From IMG/VR virus record IMGVR_UViG_3300009502_000053, positions 1 to 61,400 of that record: a DNA stretch of 61,400 bases. One strand, 5' to 3'. The position numbers and the translations under genes are program-made. Below the pieces are notes generated by a model. It was given only the letters and a program-made list of their open reading frames with translations, was not told the DNA's origin and did not search any database. The DNA comes from a virus (lineage: Duplodnaviria > Caudoviricetes). This document shows positions 58,362-61,400 of this stretch, piece by piece; position 1 is the stretch's first letter; every line of letters starts with the position of its first letter.

Positions 58362-59937
58362 CACTTTTATTTTCTAACTTTTTAGCTATTAGATTTTTAA
58401 TTGATCTATTTCGGTATCTCAATCCCGATTTGGTAAATAGTTTATATAATTGAATCCAACTTATACCTTCAACTAATCCATTCTCACCAACCAGATAACG
58501 TAAATCACTTTTTGTTGTGATTAATTTCAATTTCTGTTGATTAATTCGATTAATTTCAGGATATAAACTATTACCTTTAATATATTTAACGATTCCACGC
58601 CTGCAAATTTCTATTGCCGCAGTTATAGGATCATATTCTTCAAAACACATATTACCTATAAAACTTGAATAACAAGGATTAACTTCAACCTTCAATAAAC
58701 CAATTGTGTTACAATATTTATTTATTAAATTTGTGGTTACCGCTCTATACCATAAGTTTTTAGTCTTTCTATTAAATTCTTTATTGTTGTCTTTTAATGT
58801 TGATGATTTAAAATTCAAATCCTCCATTACGAAACGACCAACCTTATAGTGAACAGCGTAGTCGAATATGTATTTCCATGATTCTTTTAATTCGAATACC
58901 CTTTTATTATTTCTATAAAGTGTATCCTCATCATCGCTGGGCTTGTGATTCTTTTTGTTTAAAAGTTTTAATGAAATGCATTCTTTAAGTAAAATTTTGG
59001 TGTCTCCTTGTTCGTTTAATTTGTCTGCAATGATAAATCCAATTTCTTCAGGATTTAAATCCACAGACATATATCTGGTAGTCATTTTATCTTTTAATAT
59101 TCGTCCTTCTTGATCTTTAATGTATTTTTTATATAACGCCTTTTTCTCATCTGAATTATTTTTATCAATTGTTTTTAGTTCTCTAAAATATTCGTTTTTA
59201 TTGAAATGATAGTTATTAATTCTTTGTTCATCATAAATTAAATGAATCTTAGTTTTGGTTATCCTAACCGTGATTGGTATTTCATTATTATTTACCATTT
59301 TATTTAATTGATATAATAATTTAGAGGTTTTATTAGATTTTTTATAACTAAAATTTATAATGTAATGATTTTTAGAATCAGGTTTGAATATTATTTTATT
59401 GTTGATTAAATCAAATTCCACTTTTCTATTTCCTGATTCGGCTGCTCTACCAATTAAATAAATACCAAAGTTTCTATTTTCTTGGTATTTAACTTTAAAA
59501 TTTTCAAATAGTTTTTGATTATTAGTTTGATGATATTTGGTTATTTTTCTTAGATTTTCTTTACCACCGAAAGTGATGTCTTTATTTATGTTTCTTTTTA
59601 ATTTGTATAACTTATTGATTATGTTATATTTAAACCTTTTTTCTTTTTTAGTGATGAAATTATTTTCCAATAATAACTTATCTATATTACAAATTTCAAT
59701 AGATTTATTTTTTATATCTGTTTGGTGTTGATTATATATGGTTTTTGCTTCTTCTAAACAACAATAAAAAATGGATTTGTCTAGTAAATTAAATTTATTT
59801 AAACAACTTATTATAAATGATTTATCTTGCGATAAATCAAGGTTATTATAAAGAATGTATAATAACCCTGTATATTGATTAAAATATTTATTTATGGTAC
59901 TAGTGTCTGAAATTATTTGAAATATTTTAGTGAGCAT
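58342..59937 (-). CDS. Large TnpB/Cas12f-like RuvC protein without zinc finger
   Basis: RuvC-I SVDLNP, RuvC-II VMEDL, VNPCYSSFIG..YDPITAAIEICRRG; 531 aa; no tnpA or CRISPR nearby. Confidence 0.8.
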   Translation of the reverse strand: MLTKIFQIISDTSTINKYFNQYTGLLYILYNNLDLSQDKSFIISCLNKFNLLDKSIFYCCLEEAKTIYNQHQTDIKNKSIEICNIDKLLLENNFITKKEKRFKYNIINKLYKLKRNINKDITFGGKENLRKITKYHQTNNQKLFENFKVKYQENRNFGIYLIGRAAESGNRKVEFDLINNKIIFKPDSKNHYIINFSYKKSNKTSKLLYQLNKMVNNNEIPITVRITKTKIHLIYDEQRINNYHFNKNEYFRELKTIDKNNSDEKKALYKKYIKDQEGRILKDKMTTRYMSVDLNPEEIGFIIADKLNEQGDTKILLKECISLKLLNKKNHKPSDDEDTLYRNNKRVFELKESWKYIFDYAVHYKVGRFVMEDLNFKSSTLKDNNKEFNRKTKNLWYRAVTTNLINKYCNTIGLLKVEVNPCYSSFIGNMCFEEYDPITAAIEICRRGIVKYIKGNSLYPEINRINQQKLKLITTKSDLRYLVGENGLVEGISWIQLYKLFTKSGLRYRNRSIKNLIAKKLENKSEVIIYK

Positions 59938-60024
59938 TTAAAAATCCTAGAATTTTATTTTTATATATAATAAAAAATTATCAATATATCTAATAATATA
60001 TATATAAATAAAAATAGTACCTAA

Positions 60025-60960
60025 ATGACAAAAATTATACCTAATGACCTACTTAATCCCACTGAAAAAACAATAAAGAATTGGAATTGTTCATTTATTG
60101 CTGTGGAAGGACCTAATGTATTAGATAAGTTGAGTTTAGAGGATTTAGAAATTCCATATGAATCTCAATATAGGGCTCGTATAATATTAAAAGCAGGAGA
60201 AACTGATCAACCACTTAATTATGGATTTATAGGTAGGGCTGTTACATTTTTAATGATAAAAGTTACTTATGATAGTACAAATGATCCATATTATCAGTAT
60301 GAACAGGAGAAGTATAATATTTCATATTATTTTGATAATGATCCAATTTTAAGATCATTAGGTAAACTATTGATAATGACTGGTTCTATTGATGAAAAAA
60401 TACCACAAATATATTTAAATAATCCTTTGGATTATGATGTAGTTTTAGATGTAATGCATGCAACTATGGATTCTGAATATGATAGTGGATCTACATATGG
60501 CGGATTTGGTATTGCTAATTTAGATGATGTTATGTTGTCAGGGTTAACTTCTGGTGATACAATTGTGTATTATGATGGATTTTGGCATAATGTACCTTAT
60601 AATTATTCTGGAGGAACTGGAGGATTTGGTACATCTGGAACATCAGGCAAAAATGGATTATCTGGATCATCTGGAACATCTGGAATAAATGGTGCATGGA
60701 CTGGCGCTACTATACATAATGAATTTTATTATCTTAGTGGTAGTTCCACATTATATGTGCCTAAACTTATAGCATCAGAAATAACATTAACAGGATTAAC
60801 ATCATCAGGATTAACAAGTTATATTGTTACTGATACTATTGGTAAATTATATAAAACTACTGTGGTTGGCAAAACAGAAGATGTTCCTGTTAGTAGGGTT
60901 GGTGGGACAAGAACTTTACATTTTGTTAGTGGCTTATATACAGGATATACTGATAGTTAA
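60025..60960 (+). CDS. Putative structural/fibre protein with GTSG repeats
   Basis: LDDV.LSGLTSGD.IVY..G.W motif; GTSGTSGKNGLSGSSGTSG. Confidence 0.6.
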   Translation: MTKIIPNDLLNPTEKTIKNWNCSFIAVEGPNVLDKLSLEDLEIPYESQYRARIILKAGETDQPLNYGFIGRAVTFLMIKVTYDSTNDPYYQYEQEKYNISYYFDNDPILRSLGKLLIMTGSIDEKIPQIYLNNPLDYDVVLDVMHATMDSEYDSGSTYGGFGIANLDDVMLSGLTSGDTIVYYDGFWHNVPYNYSGGTGGFGTSGTSGKNGLSGSSGTSGINGAWTGATIHNEFYYLSGSSTLYVPKLIASEITLTGLTSSGLTSYIVTDTIGKLYKTTVVGKTEDVPVSRVGGTRTLHFVSGLYTGYTDS

Positions 60961-60987
60961 GAGTAAATAATTACTGTTGATGGAACG

Positions 60988-61400
60988 TTACGAAACTAAA
61001 GTTTCTTCGTAAAAATTTCTTTTTACAGGATTTAACATTAAATCCACTATTGGTTGGCTTAACCAAGCATCACCAATTACTTTTCTTAAAATATTTCCAG
61101 AACCATTAATATCAGCATTTAATAAAATACCTTTACTTGTCTGAAATAACCCTCTTTTAACTCTTTTACCTAAATAATTATCCTGTTTATTGATAGATTC
61201 AAAATCAATTAAACTACATTTACTGGTATAACTCTCCTCATGATAAATAAAATTAATACTTAATTCATTACATTTATTTTCAAGTTTTATTTTAAACTTT
61301 AAGTAAGGAATTGATTGAAATTTTTGATTATTAACTTTACCAATACCAGATTTTTGTTTCCAACCTTCATTATATCCTATAACTATATTGCCAATATCAA
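60988..61400 (-). CDS. tnpB: TnpB C-terminal part (runs off window; not in ORF track)
   Basis: IVIGYNEGWKQ..NNQKFQSIP..EESYTSKCS..GKRVKRGLF..NADINGSGNILRK; hairpin TTACGAAAC-TAAA-GTTTCTTCGTAA at 60988-61012. Confidence 0.9.
   Translation of the reverse strand, partial: DIGNIVIGYNEGWKQKSGIGKVNNQKFQSIPYLKFKIKLENKCNELSINFIYHEESYTSKCSLIDFESINKQDNYLGKRVKRGLFQTSKGILLNADINGSGNILRKVIGDAWLSQPIVDLMLNPVKRNFYEETLVS

Noticed and set aside
4172-59731. Many 60-113 aa ORFs nested in or antisense to larger genes (e.g. 4463-4804, 7067-7342, 28423-28692, 32117-32452, 53307-53564)
   Set aside because: Overlap better-supported genes and have no recognisable motifs
60961-60980. Flank of the third TnpB (AGTAATTATTTA) matching the palindrome at 58336-58361 as a cross-targeting guide
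   Set aside because: A 12-nt match is plausible by chance at this AT content, and the sequence forms its own small hairpin
1-61400. Stop-codon recoding or tRNA genes
   Set aside because: Genes are full length under the standard code, TAA/TGA/TAG all terminate ORFs, and no cloverleaf was recognised by eye (tRNAscan-SE would be decisive)

Overview
Very AT-rich, gene-dense (standard code) segment of a large tailed-phage genome with T4-like hallmarks: UvsY/UvsW, a gp14-like neck protein, large structural proteins, a tape-measure-like protein, thyA, a DinG-like helicase and a glycosyltransferase. TTTG..TAnnTTTG promoters point to a Bacteroidota host. The window carries about 11 mobile nucleases (3 TnpB-like, 7 PD-(D/E)xK-like including one fragment, 1 HNH), several with small RHH/HTH genes not in the ORF track. 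Most striking: (1) an intergenic ~215-nt minus-strand RNA (32667-32880) that rebuilds the 23S rRNA GTPase-associated centre (H42-H44, the L10/L11 site) with a ~130-nt structured insertion and its own terminator; (2) about 28 mostly unrelated small proteins sharing an N-terminal MK(Y/H/I)(I/L)KxF(N)E tag resembling the T4 capsid-targeting sequence, 18 of them ending K(Y/F)N(L/I), in ATGA-overlapping arrays, with cargo including ART-, ParB/Srx- and 2H-like domains; (3) a separate class with a C-terminal RxxKLxKL tag; (4) a 38-bp element shared upstream of a TnpB and an RHH-endonuclease. All family assignments are from motif recognition by eye; no searches were run.
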